The notes beneath the pieces are model-generated. The model was given only the letters and a program-made list of their open reading frames with translations, made no database searches and was not told the origin of the DNA. DNA of 64,000 bases, from the NCBI RefSeq assembly GCF_009914755.1, contig NC_060929.1; one strand, 5' to 3'. The position numbers and the translations under genes were made by a program. The DNA comes from the human T2T-CHM13v2.0 reference genome, Homo sapiens. Positions 41,274 to 54,801 of this stretch are shown here, piece by piece; the stretch's first letter is position 1; each line of letters begins with the position of its first letter.

Positions 41274-41523
41274 AAAAAGAGACCATGAGGAAAAAGCTTT
41301 TAAAAAAGGTGTAAAAATGTAAGCTCAAGTAGACCTGATCCAATGATACTCAAGCAGAAGTGTTTCCCAATGAAGTAACTTTTAAAGTTTTCCAAAAGAT
41401 GTCTAGTTTTCTGAAAGACAAATTAGATAATTATAACATTTAAGGGAAAATTCAGATGCTTTTTGGATATTAAACTTTATCCAAGCACAGATACTAATTG
41501 AACTTAAGGTAACTAAACCGTAG

Positions 41524-41843
<320 letters not shown>

Positions 41844-42510
41844 CTGAAGAAAATATTTTAAATTGAAGGACAATAGAAAGTGTAAACGGAGTATTCTCTT
41901 TAAATTTCTTTGAGATACTATTATGTTTGAAAGCAGAGTGCAGGAATACAGTCATTTTTGTCTTTGGTTCTTTCCTATAACTGTGAGCTCTTTAACTATC
42001 TCTGTACCAGTGATCCACATTTCTAGTAATGTAACTAGCAGGTTTCTATTCGCACTTAACAGATGCTGGCAGTAACAATGGTAATGGACAATACATGCAT
42101 AAACACATAAAAACAAATCAACAAACCAAACCCAAACAATAACATGTAACAAATAAAGTTCTTTCCAGTTGAGCCTGAAGAGAGTAGAAGACTGGTAATC
42201 AAATAAATGCTTATTAAAAGAAGAACAAGCATTTATCACTTGACTGCTGTAGACTAAAAATTATACTCTATGTAATATTTCAGAGGGCACAGATAAGTGG
42301 TTGCACTAATTGGTAAACTTCTGCAGGGAAATGTAAAATATACATACTTTTGCCAGCTTGCTACGGAGATGTTCCTCACAGTTTTGGTTTTGGTGGATCT
42401 CACTGGAACTACCTAAGCAATGAATAGCACAGGACTGGATAAATAAGTCATTGTACATCCAAACTGAAGCTTAATAAAAATGTTTAAACGTTTTCTGTGA
42501 AACTTGCCTT

Positions 42511-42537
42511 ACACACACACACACACACACACACACA
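42511..42537. repeat. (CA)n microsatellite
   Basis: About 13 AC units. Confidence 0.95.
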
Positions 42538-43401
42538 GATCTTTTCTAGTTTTTCTAATTGAGTCTTAAAGATGCTAATGTACATTATGAGTTTTCAAAG
42601 CATAATTCATATTTAATGTTTATTGGATCAGAAAATTCTTTGTCCAAGACATAGTTGATAGAATTACTGCTGTAAGAAACTACTTTGGATTCTCTGCTTT
42701 CTACTGTATTACTTCCCCTTTTAATTCTATGTACTTCTGTTATAACTTTTACAAAGTTATAGTATTTTTAAGCTAAAAATGGGTCATGAAATTATTATAT
42801 ATGATGTAGTTTTTGTTATTTTATGCACTTTTATATACATAAAACTTACAATTTATTTACATATTTTCATATATAAATTGACATTTATATTTACATATTT
42901 TATGTGTATTACATATACACTTCTATATATACTGTGTATATATATACTGTATATATCAATGTGTATATATACTGTATATATAAATGTGTATATATAATAC
43001 ACATATATATGAACATATGTAAATAAAAATGTCTAGGAAGCCAGGCATCAAATAATTTGTAGTGGTTATCTCTGAAGAGTGACATCACTGATAATGTGTC
43101 TTTTCATTATTATATTATTTTCTTTTTGAAAAGTGTATGTGCTGAAATGAGTTTCTCATTTATACTGTTTTTTAAATGATTGTTTTCAAAAGGACGACAT
43201 ATAAAGATTAGAAAGTTGGAAGGTATGGGATTCCACCTAGGATATAGAGCAGGGCATCAGAGGAGGCCCATGAGAAACAAGGCAGGATTTAGAGAATTGG
43301 GGGGCAATAGGAAATCAAGCATTTTTAGATGAAGATTTTGGATGGGAAGCCATATTACCTGCAGAAAATTTATAAGTGATTCAAAGTGGTTCAGTTGTAT
43401 T

Positions 43402-43962
43402 CATTGATGAGCTGGACTCAGCTTGTACCATCAGTATAGAGCCAATTGTGCACATCTCTTCCCATATATGCATTCAGTGACATCACATTGGTAACTTGAA
43501 ATTGGCCTGTTGGCAGTATTTAAACCATGGTAATTGGCAAACACTCAAAATAGTTCCCCTTTATTCTTAAGGGATACATTCCAAGACTCCCGGTAGATGC
43601 CTGAAACCGTGGATAGTTCCTAACCCTATATGTACCTTGTTTTTTTACTCTGATAACTAAGATGGCTACTAAGTGACTAACAGGCAGGTAGTATATGCAG
43701 TGTGCATATTCTGGGCAAAGGGATGATTCATGTCCCAGGTGGGCCAGCAAGAGAGTTCATCATGCAACTCAGAATGACTGCAACTTAAAACTTACAAATT
43801 GTTTCTTTCTGGCATTTTCCATTTAATACTTTCAGGCTACAGCTGACCACAGGAAACTGAAACCACAGAAAGTAAAAATGTGGATAGTGGGGACTACAAT
43901 AAATCAAGGATCCTTCACCTCCAATCCATAGAGCAAATTGTTAAATAGCGGCACAGCACTGG
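43402..43962 (+). mobile_element. MER63A-like hAT element split by a MER44A insertion
   Basis: TTGTGCACATCTCTTCCC...TTCAGTGACATCACATTGGTAACTTGAAAT...GGCAAACAC, resuming AAATCAAGG...GCACAGCACTGG after the insert. Confidence 0.65.
43548..43898 (+). mobile_element. MER44A (Tigger7-derived MITE)
   Basis: GATGCCTGAAACCGTGGATAG, GGCTACTAAGTGACTAAC, ends GTGGATAGTGGGGACTAC. Confidence 0.85.
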
Positions 43963-44589
43963 TTATATCCAACCTGTTCATTCACCCCAAAGTATGTTCT
44001 TATTGTTATCCACCACATGATTATCACTAATGGCAATTCACATCTGGTTACACTCTTTACAAACTTTAGGGGGAAAGTGATTAGGCTAATTTGATTAATT
44101 TCAACTTGATAAAACAGTCTTCAGAACCAAAGTTTGGGGAAGCCCATCTACTGTATGTAGAGGAGATACATTTTCTCCATCTTGACTCCAGCCACCCAGC
44201 CAGCCAGCATTATAAACTGAGAAGAGTGAGAGTTGTTAATCACCTTGTATTATTTCAACCTCAAGTGCCTAAGTGAGCTAGTAAGGTGTTTTCATTCACT
44301 TGGCTTTAGTTCCTGTTCTATGAATTGACTTTTATTTTAAGATGCAAGTTATTTCTGTGGCCAGAGGTACTTTTGTGTTAAAATTGATTTTTCAATAATG
44401 TATGATATAGCATTGATCTTGTATTTTTAAAAGACTTTGGCCTTTAACACTTGGGCTTTCTCTTCTTTCTCTCTCTTCACTTTTTACTATTGTTTTTGTT
44501 TTGCCTCAATTTAGGGCCTTTGGCATTGAGAAAGTTATATTTAAAGCTTTTAAAAAGTGGGTGCATTTATTTATAGGCCTTTTATGCAC

Positions 44590-44870
44590 AGTAAGGGTAT
44601 TTCACTTCCCCAATCCCATCCCCAGTCTGAACCTGCATTAGAGGGATTTATTATAAATGAACACATTGGACTGAAGGCCTCCTCTTTGCCTCCAGTCACT
44701 CACCACCTGGGAGGGGCTCCCCCAGAGATTGCGCAACCTCCTGGGAACCATTTCACTTCCCCAGAAGGTTTGCCACTTTCCGCCCCCACTACCTCGGATG
44801 TATGCATGTCAATTGTTTCACCCAAAGGCTAGAATAATTTTCTCATCTGAATTGGCTTTCGTTTGAAGCA
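44590..44870. promoter_or_regulatory. Candidate myeloid/B-cell enhancer
   Basis: Two identical ATTTCACTTCCCCA (GGAAGTGAAA ETS-IRF composite), TTGCGCAA (C/EBP), GGGGCTCCCC (kB-like) and a CCGCCCCC GC box. Confidence 0.6.
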
Positions 44871-44921
44871 ATGTAAAGATGGAAGGATAACCCCAGGAAA
44901 ATAGATAGTAAAATGTACATT

Positions 44922-45240
44922 TGTTTTTTATTATTTAAAAAATTTTTTTTGAGATATGGGCTCACCCTGTCACCTGGACTGGAGTGCAGTGGTGTGATCA
45001 TGGTTCAGTGCCACCTTGAACTTCTGAGCTCAAGAGATCTTCCCACCTCAACCTCCCAAGTAGCTGGGACTGTAGGTGCATGCCACCGTGCATGGCTAAT
45101 TTTTAATTTTTTAAAGCTATTTGTCAAGACAGGGTCTCTCTTTGTTGCTCAGGCTGGTCTCAAACTCTTGGGCTCAAGTGATACTCCTACCTCTGCTTCC
45201 CAAAGCGCTAGGATGCAAGCACAAGTCGCTGTGCCGGGCC
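44922..45240 (-). mobile_element. AluJ
   Basis: Diverged reverse Alu with perfect TSD AAATGTACATT. Confidence 0.92.
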
Positions 45241-46029
45241 AAATGTACATTAATTATAAAACTCATAGCCACAAGCCCATTAGCTCTCCTCTGACTTCCC
45301 AGAAAATGACAGCCAATGGCTCAGATCAGAGTGTCTCAGGAGATGACTTTTTTGAGGGGGTTGTTGGAGGGCTACATGAGCTTGCAGTAATTCCCCAAAG
45401 CCAGGAAATATACTCTTAACCAGATAAAGTGCCCTGTTGACACCAGATAAGATGCAAAGCATAATAGAGTATCTGTTAATGATCCACCAGGGTGCTTAGG
45501 GCAAGCAGGTCCTTTACAGACCCTATTTAATGAGAGAGTTTCTTGACGAACCACATGAGACACAAAGTAAAATAAAACGAAAATTCCTTACAAGAATCCC
45601 TTGCAGCTCAGCTGATATGTAACTGGGTTTCTAATAATGTACCTAAACTGAATCAACAACAACTTTCATGGATTATATTCTTACAATTTACTGAATTTAG
45701 CACTGAACAACTCTATATTCCACTGTCATTTCTGTTGCTAATGCAAGTAATGTAAAATCAACTAACTGGCCAGCGAAGAGTGATATATCCCCTTTTCTTC
45801 TCTTTTCCCCAAATTAATAGATGAGAAATTGCATTTGCTTAAGTTCAACTTACTTCATAATAAAGATTCAATACCCAAATGCAACACAAAATGAATTGTA
45901 GACTATTTGGTGCCAACTGTAAACTGAAATATAAGATAACATGACGTATGACTGCAATTTCTGTTGATGATCACACCTTTCTTGGTGTTCGTAAAAAATT
46001 AAACTATTCACACCATAAGAATGAGGACA

Positions 46030-47189
46030 TAATTCTGATCAAGATGAAATAAAATGGCTTGGATCTGTCTTCCTGCCAGAAACAACCAAAAAACTGGACA
46101 AAATATATTAAACAATGGCTTTCACGTAACTGGATGTCAGGTAAGAAATGTCACTGGATGACAGTGAGAGGCAGGAAATAAACAAGGTGAGCTTTATCAT
46201 TGTCCCAGTTTACTGTCTAGAGAGAGTTTTCAGGCCATGTTGCCAACTGTCTAGGTTGTGGAGGAACCAACTTGCATGCTCTGCTGTTAGTTCTGTAAAG
46301 AGCAAGACGACTTTGGAAAAGTTTACCAGTTTCTTAAACAGTTAAACATATATCTATCATAAGGCCTGGATATTGCACTCCTAGTTGTTTACTCAAGAGA
46401 ATGAAAGCATATGTCCGTAGAAAGACATACACAAATGTTCATAGCATCTTTATTTGCAATGGCCAAAAAACTGGAAATAACCCAAATGTCCATGAATAAG
46501 TGAGTGGATAAACACACTGTGATATCATCTATGCAATGGAATACTACACCAGTAAAAAGGAATGATCTGTTGATATAATAGCATGGATAAATCTTAGAGA
46601 AAGGAGCAAAAGAGTACAGACTGATTGCATTTATATAAAATTCTAGAAAATGTACACTAATCTAAAGTGACAGAAAGAAGATCAGTGGGTGCCTGACGGT
46701 GGGGGCAGAGGTGCTGGGAGGGAGTGATTACAAAGGGACACAATGAATAGATAGATATGTTTATTATTTTTACTGTGGTTATGGTGTCATGAGTACATAC
46801 ATATGTCAATAGTTGTCAAAAATGTACACTTTTAATATGTGAAGTTTCTTCTATGTCACTTAAAAATATTTTTTAGCCAGTAATGGTGGCTCACACCTGT
46901 AATTGCAGCAATTTGGAAGGCCGAGGCGGGTGGATCACCTGAGGTCAGGAGTTCGAGACCAGCCTGGCCAACATGGCAAAACCCCGTCTCTACTAAAAAT
47001 ACAAAAATTATCCAGGCATGCTGGCGCACACCTGTAATCCCAGCTACTCAGAGGCTGAGGCAGGAGAATTGCTTGAACCCAGAAGGCAGAGGTTGCAGTG
47101 AGCCAAGATTACACCACACCACTGTACTCCAGCCTGGGTGACAAAAGCGAAATTCTGTCTCAAAAAAAAATTTTGTATATGTATATATA

Positions 47190-47224
<35 letters not shown>

Positions 47225-47555
47225 GTATATTTAAATTAAATACATAAATATATACATATGTATATATACAAATGTATAAATAAAATTAAATACATAAATA
47301 TATACATATGTATATATGTATGTATATTTAAATTGTGGTAAAATATACATATCATAAAATTACCATTGCATTTTAATGCTTTTTAAGTGTACCGTTGAGT
47401 GGCATTAAGTACACTCATATTATTGTGCAATCATTACCACCATCTATCTCCAGAAAACTCTGAATCCCTATTTATCATGATTAAAAATTATAATATAGCA
47501 ATCATAATTATTTACATATTAATACTTATATCTCAATAAAGCTGTTTTTTAAAAA
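46030..47555 (+). mobile_element. Old L1M (L1ME/MD-like) fragments with nested Alu and a reverse L1MB 3' end (~47330-47455)
   Basis: CAAATGTTCATAGCATCTTTATTTGCAATGGCCAAAAAACTGGAAATAACCCAAATGTCC. The 3' terminus ATCTCAATAAAGCTGTT resumes at ~47530. Confidence 0.7.
46875..47170 (+). mobile_element. AluSx-like
   Basis: Full dimer with A-tail followed by TA/TG microsatellite. Confidence 0.95.
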
Positions 47556-47619
47556 AAGCCACAGAGTTTTTTTTCTCAGCTTTTAAAAATGAAAACAGAT
47601 CAGTAGACACTAGCCTGAT

Positions 47620-47870
47620 AATTGGTTATTTATGAGAGCAGTTACCCTGTGCTGGGCCTTGGGCAAAGTCTTGTGTGTATGTTATACCCATCAATTCTCA
47701 CAACAACTCTATGAGGTAAGTAGTGTTACAATCCCTATTCGACAAATGAGTAGACTGAGGACTTCTTTTTTTGAGAAAGGGTGAAATTAAGTAACTTTTC
47801 GAAGTGTATTCAGCTACTAAAATGGTAAAGCCATGTTTTGAACCTGGGCAGCCTGCTGCTATTTCAACCC
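47620..47870 (-). mobile_element. MIR
   Basis: TTCTCACAACAACTCTATGAGGTAAGTAG...ACAAATGAGTAGACTGAGG. Confidence 0.75.
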
Positions 47871-50800
47871 TTATATATCCAGGAATAATTTTTCAATAAG
47901 GAGAAAATAGGTGCACTAACAATTTTAACCTCATTTTCAGGGCTGAGAGGGAATCAAAGTATCTCTGAAATAGAAACCATATGTGTTCTTTCTCTCTATT
48001 CATTTTTTCACCAATTTTTCAGGATATTTGTGTGTCAAGCACTGCTCCAGAAACTTGGGATACAAATACTATAACAAAACAAAACAAATCCCTCCTGGTC
48101 CTTGCTTTTAAAGTCTCGTGTATTCTGTAAATTTTAGCCCAGTGGGATAAATGTAATAAATGAAGTGCATACAAATTACAGTAAATAATTCTTCTGGAAG
48201 CCTTCAGAAAAATGTCATTGAGTAGTACAGACTTAATCCAAGGCTTGAAATTTTGGCCAGCTTTTTTTTCTAGATAGACAAAGGTAGGAAGCAGACAAAG
48301 AAGTTTACAGGTCTTAGAAGCAACATACACAGAGGCATGCAGGATGATCTCAAGAAGCAAAATGTTTTCAGAGACAGAGAGAAATCACTGGATATGTACT
48401 TTTTACTGGATATGTACTTTTTAGGCCAAAGTGTTATAAGAAGAATCATCAATGATTGAGTTGGAAATTTCTGGAAAATGAAAAGGGTTCTTTGGGAGTT
48501 CATTAGGCTATTACAATTTCCAGAAGTATTTGAACATAAAATTAATTGTGCTTTGTGGCCATGAGATAACAAAAGTAGATGAACTTGAGAAGTTTAGCTG
48601 CAATCCACACTCCAGGTCACAATGTGTGACCTAGGACTCTAAGTGCTCGGTATCTCTAAGTGGTGTATTGGTACAATGAAAATAATTTGGATCTGGACTA
48701 AACTTTTGTGGCAAGCTAAATTTTACATGATAACAAGACCACCTCAAAGCTATTTTAATAAATGCTTATGAAACATGCTTTACACACTTTATACTTGTAT
48801 GAAAATGTCATAAAGCTACTTTTCCATATCCCTTTCTCTTTAAGAAAATGGAGCACTTGAAATATGAAAACTTTTAATGCTCATTTTTCCCTTAAGGAAT
48901 CCTATTCTTGTAAAATCACTGTGTTACTTTTGTTGATAAATGTTAGGTCTATACTTTTTAGTAACAAATAAACAGAGGTCTCTTAGTTATCTTCTTAGGC
49001 AATCCCTGGCTTTACTTTTATAGATTATTGACTCAATTTGTAAACTTTGCATTAACTTTGTAGAAACCTCCAAAGATAGTTTTCTTTTTTGTAAAGGCTA
49101 GAATTTCCTGAAGATTTTGGAGTTTCAGTTCATGTTTATTATGACTACCTCAGGGACTGATAGGAGTCTGGAAACATGGGTAAAGTTATTACAAAAAGTT
49201 CTACTGAGCTTATTTCAAGAACATTTCTATCTGTGAGGACTAATACCAAGGCTGAAGCTATCGTGTTGTGTTACTTTAAAGCATGATGGAGAAAAAGGAA
49301 AAAAAAATGGTGAAAAGAAGCATTTTATTGAGGAAGAGCAATGGAACAAAAACATCAATTGATTTTTCCATGTTCTTGCGTAAAACTGAATGATGTAGCA
49401 GCCAAATTATCAAAATCAAAATACTATGTCCCCAGAACAGTTTATCAGAATGTCCGGGATGGTAAGGACTTACAGAACACTTAACTAAGTCTGAAGCCAC
49501 TTAAATGTGATAAGTAATTTTGTCACACACTCTCCCTCCCTTTTGAAAGAGGGCTGGGAGCAGAGCGGTCTGTGTTCTGTTCAGCTTCAGTTTAGCAAAG
49601 AAGAAAAAATACATAAGTGGCACCCTATAGAAACAGTAACAATTCTCTGGGAAAGTTACAATATACTTACTCTTTGGAAATTCAGGTGCAACTTTCTCAC
49701 AGAGTAAGTAATACTTGAACCAGAGTGCATCTCAGGTCTGAGAAGAACAAAATATATCACAATAAATCCACATTATCATGCTTTCACAAAATATATATAA
49801 ACTTACTTGTTGTCATCTCACTCCTGCCCTTCCTGCTCCCCAACCTCTTTCTTTTATCTCCTCCAAAAATCATGGAAATGTATGACTATATATAGATGTA
49901 TATGGTATATGCTACATGGAAATAGCAGGAATCAATCCTGTATTAGCTGCTTGAGACAGTTTCCATCTTCTCTGAGCTTAAGTTTCTCTTCTATAAACCT
50001 AAAATAATAATATCTATTTTTTTCAATATTATGAAGATTGTGCTTGGCCTGTAATAGGTGCTCAATGATTGGTGGCTATTAGTACAATTATTTTTATTAT
50101 TGTCATTATTGTTTTAATTACTATCATAATCATATTGGAGAGTGAATGGGAGACATTTAAACAGCTCATGTGAGAATTTAGCATCTTTTGTATCTTTTGA
50201 TCAAACACTTCCCTGTAAATAAAATATTTTGGTTTTGATAACAGGGAGATAATGTGACAATTAGATGTGTCACTAGAATAGAAGGCAGATATTAATGCCA
50301 ACCTTGTGTATTTACACCACTAGAACATATTTTTAAAAAGCTAATGATAGTTACCCTATTTGAAATTTGAAAACTACAACTACAAACTTTAAAATGTAAC
50401 CATACCCAGCATTTTTTGTTAAAATCATTCTGAAATCATTATTTTAAGATGGCTAATGGTACTACCCCATGCCAGCCACTAGCAGCCAAGTGAGCCTAGC
50501 CCCATATTGCCTTAGGATACGAGTCTTCCTGCTTCCCTTCTAGCCCTAGGAAGAACTAGAGACCATCTCAGCCTTCAAATGCAAAGCTAATGTTCAAGCA
50601 ATAGTAGTTGAAAGCACCTCTACTAATCACAACATATGATATAGTAATATAGTAGGGTTCTGTTTGCAGTAATACAGCATTAGATATGGGTAGGAAAATT
50701 TAACCAATGAAAAATGCATGTTTTATAACTATTCTATTTCCTATGGAACTTCCCTGCACAAAGGGAAAAGAATTTGACTTTTCAAGGTAGGAAACAACTT

Positions 50801-51829
50801 TTGTAAATTAAACTATGAATCCCAGTGTGTTTTTAGAAAAGTATTGCTTAGGTCTGTGGAGGCAAAATCTAATTTCACCATTGCTAGTATTATGTGCATG
50901 TGTTTTAGAGCAGCTGGAAGATAAATTCAGGACTTTGTTATAATTCTTTAAATATAAAATTTTGATGCTATTTTTTCTTAAGGTTGCAGGGTTCATATGA
51001 TATAGCCTATGGATAAAAACTATACTTTGTACGTGTGTACTTAAGCTACAAATTAATTATGTCAGTACTCACTTAACTGCATCTCCCAATTAAAGTCTAA
51101 TTTTAAGGGCAGAAAATAAAGATTGACCTTTCAAATAAATGGATCTCCAAATATCACGTGATTTAAGTAAACTAAATTTGAATCCTATGGTTAATCTTTC
51201 TTCATAAAAAAAGTCTTCAGTCATTTCTGTCAAAATTGGACCTCCCAAATGGAGTTACTATGTATCTATTTCCATCCTTAAACCACACATTTGGTTCACA
51301 AATTAAGTAATTATGAGTACAAAGGGATCTTGGGAAGTGCAATCACTTTACTGGCACATGCAAGTAAAATATGGATGCTCAATTTCCATCTTAATGCATG
51401 CAAATGATAGACCCGCACTTAAGGGCCTTATAACCACCCCTGTGCACAGCCTTTTGCTTTGGCTATTAGGTTTAAGGCAATATCCTGTTACTCTGGGCAT
51501 GTTGAACAATGTTTCGCATGAGAATTGCCTCCAATTCTATTTTTGTTCAAATTTCTAATTTCATTTCTAATAAAGATTAATTGTCATACTTAAGGCATTC
51601 TTTTGCCTAAGAAGGTTGAGATGTTATTGTATTTCATTTTATAATGAAACCAGTATATTTTTCTTTTTGGGTTCTATAATCCTTGTAGGACCTTGGATCC
51701 AGCATTTACTAAATGTGTGGTCTAATCTTCTTGGGACTTCCTGTCCTCGTCTGAGAAACAGGACTGTACTCGGGGTTGCAATGTACAAGGCACGAGGTCT
51801 GCACTCTGTGAAAACTGCACTGTGATAAC

Positions 51830-52348
51830 TCTATGGTTAACTCTTTAAGGAATTCCTGGATTGTTTTCCAAAGTGGCTCCATCATTTTACATTGCTACCA
51901 AAAGTGCGTGAAGACTCTGATTTCTCCACATTCTCAACAACGCTTGTTATCATCTGACTTTTGATTTTAGCCATCCTAGTGGCTGTGAAGTTGTGCCTCA
52001 TTATGGTTTTGAATTGCATTTCCCCAATAGCTAGTGATATTGAGCAACTTTTCATGTGTTTAGTAGTCATTTGTATATCTTTTTGGGAAAATGTCTTTTC
52101 AAATTTTTTGCCCATTTAAAAATGTGATTATTTATCTTTTCATTATTCAATTGTAGAGTTCCTTATATATTCTGGATACAAATCTTTATCAGATATGTAA
52201 TTTTCAAAATTGTTCTTCCATTCTATGGATTGTCTTTCCACTTTCTTGAAGATGTCCTTTGAAGCACAAAAGTTTTTTATTTTGTTGAGGTTCAAATATT
52301 TATTTTTTTCTTTTATTGCTTATGATTTAGTATCATAGTTACAAAATC
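51830..52348 (-). mobile_element. L1MB-like ORF2 3' fragment
   Basis: ORF 51882..52115 resembles L1 ORF2 (FSQKDIQM..KHMKSCSISLAIGEMQ). Confidence 0.85.
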
Positions 52349-53342
52349 CATGTCATGTGTTACAGTGGCACAATGACATATTTTGAGAAACACTGGTCTA
52401 ATTGTCAGATGGTCCTTGAGTTGTGCAGTTCATTCTTTTGGAATCTGATCTGGATTTATTAGAAGCTACCATCTATAGAAAGATCAGCCTAAGTACCAGA
52501 TCCCGGCAATGAGATATTATATTCCATTTATTCATTCATTGAGTGGCTACTGGAGCACTGCAGGTATTATGGAAATTAGAAAGAGATGCCAACTGTGGCA
52601 GATAGTGTCCCTTGGGTGCAAGTCTTGGTGGGTTTGTGTAACCAGTGGGCCCATCCTCTGGTCCACTGTAACCCTGTGCTGGGCCAATGACCTTAACTAG
52701 CAGAACTTGAGTGGGTTTTCAGGCCGTGCTCATCCCCTTGGCCAGACACATTTGTGCAGTACTCAGACTACACACACATATGTGCCCACACATGGTGGTC
52801 CTGGCCACTTTATTGGGTACTTTATTTTGTAATCTCATCAAATACTGGTGTTAATTCTGTGGTGTAGATATCATTTTGTCAATGAAGAAACTCAGTTCAA
52901 TTGGTTTACTTTAGTTGAAAATGAGTAAATCATAGAGCGGAGATTCATACCCTCTATGTCTTCAGTTCTAATATTCTTTACATTATGCCACTGTCTCATA
53001 TTCTGTGGGCACTCAAGTTTTGACATCTTAAAGCCTATTAAATTCCTTCAACTGAAACCCCATTAGGAACTGCCTGACATGTCAGGAACCTATTTACCAT
53101 GCTGAAGTCTGCACTCAGTGTCCTACTCCTTTTGTGTTGCTTCCCTGTATCACACACCTGGCTTTTCCATTTAGGACTAGCAAGTATTAGGCAGTGTTTC
53201 TCTTCTTCTATTGCTGAACTATAGCAAGGTCTCTTTTACATCTGTGAAGTTGCCAAAATACTATGAATTGGAGGAAATCCTGAATTTGTGTAGGGGATTG
53301 CCTTATCACCAGAATGCGGGGACATTTTTATTCAAATGTGAA

Positions 53343-53943
53343 TGTGATGGTTAATGTTAGGTGTCATTGTGACTAGATTGAGGGATGTCTAGATGGCTGG
53401 TGATGCATTGTTTCTGGGTGTGTCTGTGAGGGTGTTTACAGAGGAGATTGGCATGTGAGTCAGCAGACTGGGAGCAGGCACTATCCAATTGGGCCAGTGA
53501 GCTAGAACAAAGCAAATAAAAGAAGGGGGATATTTGGCTTGCTTAGCTTCCTTTTCCACTATCTCTTCCGGAGTGAGATGTCTTTTCTCCTCCTGCCCCT
53601 GGACATCGGACTCCAGGATCTTTGGCCTTTGGATTCTGGGACTTGCCCCAGTCACCTCCCGGGGGATCTCAGACTTTTGGCCTCAGACTGGGGACTGCAC
53701 TGTCAGCTTACCTGGTTTTGAGGCTTTCAAACTTGGACAGAGCCACACTATGGTTTTTTTTTTTTTTTTCTCATCCCCCAGCTTGCAGACAGCCTATTGT
53801 GAAACTTCATCATTGTAATCAGGTGAGCCAGTTCTCCCTGATAACTCAGACACACACACCTCTCTCTCTCTCTCTTTATGTGTGTGTGTGTGTGTGTGTG
53901 TATTTTATTGGTTCTGTCCCTCTGGAGAGCCCTGATTCATACA
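53343..53943 (+). mobile_element. MLT2A-like (ERVL) solo LTR with internal CA/CT/TG repeat
   Basis: TGTGATGGTTAAT...CTGGGTGTGTCTGTGAGGGTGTTT...TTGGTTCTGTCCCTCTGGAGAGCCCTGATTCATACA. Confidence 0.88.
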
Positions 53944-54700
53944 GATTTGAAGCACAGGCACACAAATACACAAGGGCATAGATAGAAAGCCAAGGGGCTA
54001 TGGCAGGAGAGACTAGAGGAGAGGATTTTATAATTTCTTTCTTTGTAGGGAAATCTTTTTTTGCCAAAGAGAGACATGTTGCTGCATTTTGGATAACCTG
54101 TTTTTTCTCCTTGCCAATACATTTTGCTCTGTCTTCTACCATATTTTATTCTTTTGTGGAGGAGACTGCCTCTTTTCTCTCTTTTCCTCTTGGGAGAAGT
54201 GAAAAAGATGCTCCAAGAGAATACTTCATAGATGATGAAGATGTATGTAAGAAGTGGAGCTCAGCATATCTCCTCAGGAAATGAATTTGTCAATCATCCT
54301 TGCACCTACCTGAAAAGAAGCAAAAGTATTTGAAGAGAAGTGACTGGAAGGAGAGCATGGGTAGCCTGTGCTCCCCCTGTTTGGTCAGACAAGTATCAGG
54401 ATTGAAGTTTTTTTTTTTTTTTATGGGCTAAGTGACAGAGCCCTGCTCATTTCCCTGGCCGAATACATTTACGTTGTACTCGGACTGGCAGCAACTAGAC
54501 TAAAGTGGCCTTGCTCTTGTCCTAAGGATGGCCTATTAGAGGAGGGGACCACAGCAGCAGGGGATATGAAGCATGTCAGCTGGCACAGAGTTAAGGAAGA
54601 TAAAGGATGAAGAAGCCTGGTTGCATTTCCTAGGGCAGGAAATTGTTTAGCAGGGATGTGTCTTATGCATTTTAGGAAAGTGCGCATGTGTGTCCTCCAG

Positions 54701-54801
54701 GTGAACAACACTGGGCCATCTGCCACACTAGCAGCATTGGCTGTGACACTGTTATCCAGGGAAGCATCTATAATTCTAAAGTGGATTGCAGCAGCTGCCA
54801 G
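54701..54801 (+). other. Candidate plus-strand exon (101 nt)
   Basis: Acceptor TGTGTGTCCTCCAG|G and consensus donor CAG|GTAAGT. Confidence 0.3.

Noticed and set aside
47233-47317. 50-bp-period duplication
   Set aside because: Low-complexity AT sequence grown between Alu and L1 tails; ordinary slippage.
53073-53086. 14-bp palindrome CCTGACATGTCAGG
   Set aside because: About four such palindromes are expected by chance in 64 kb.
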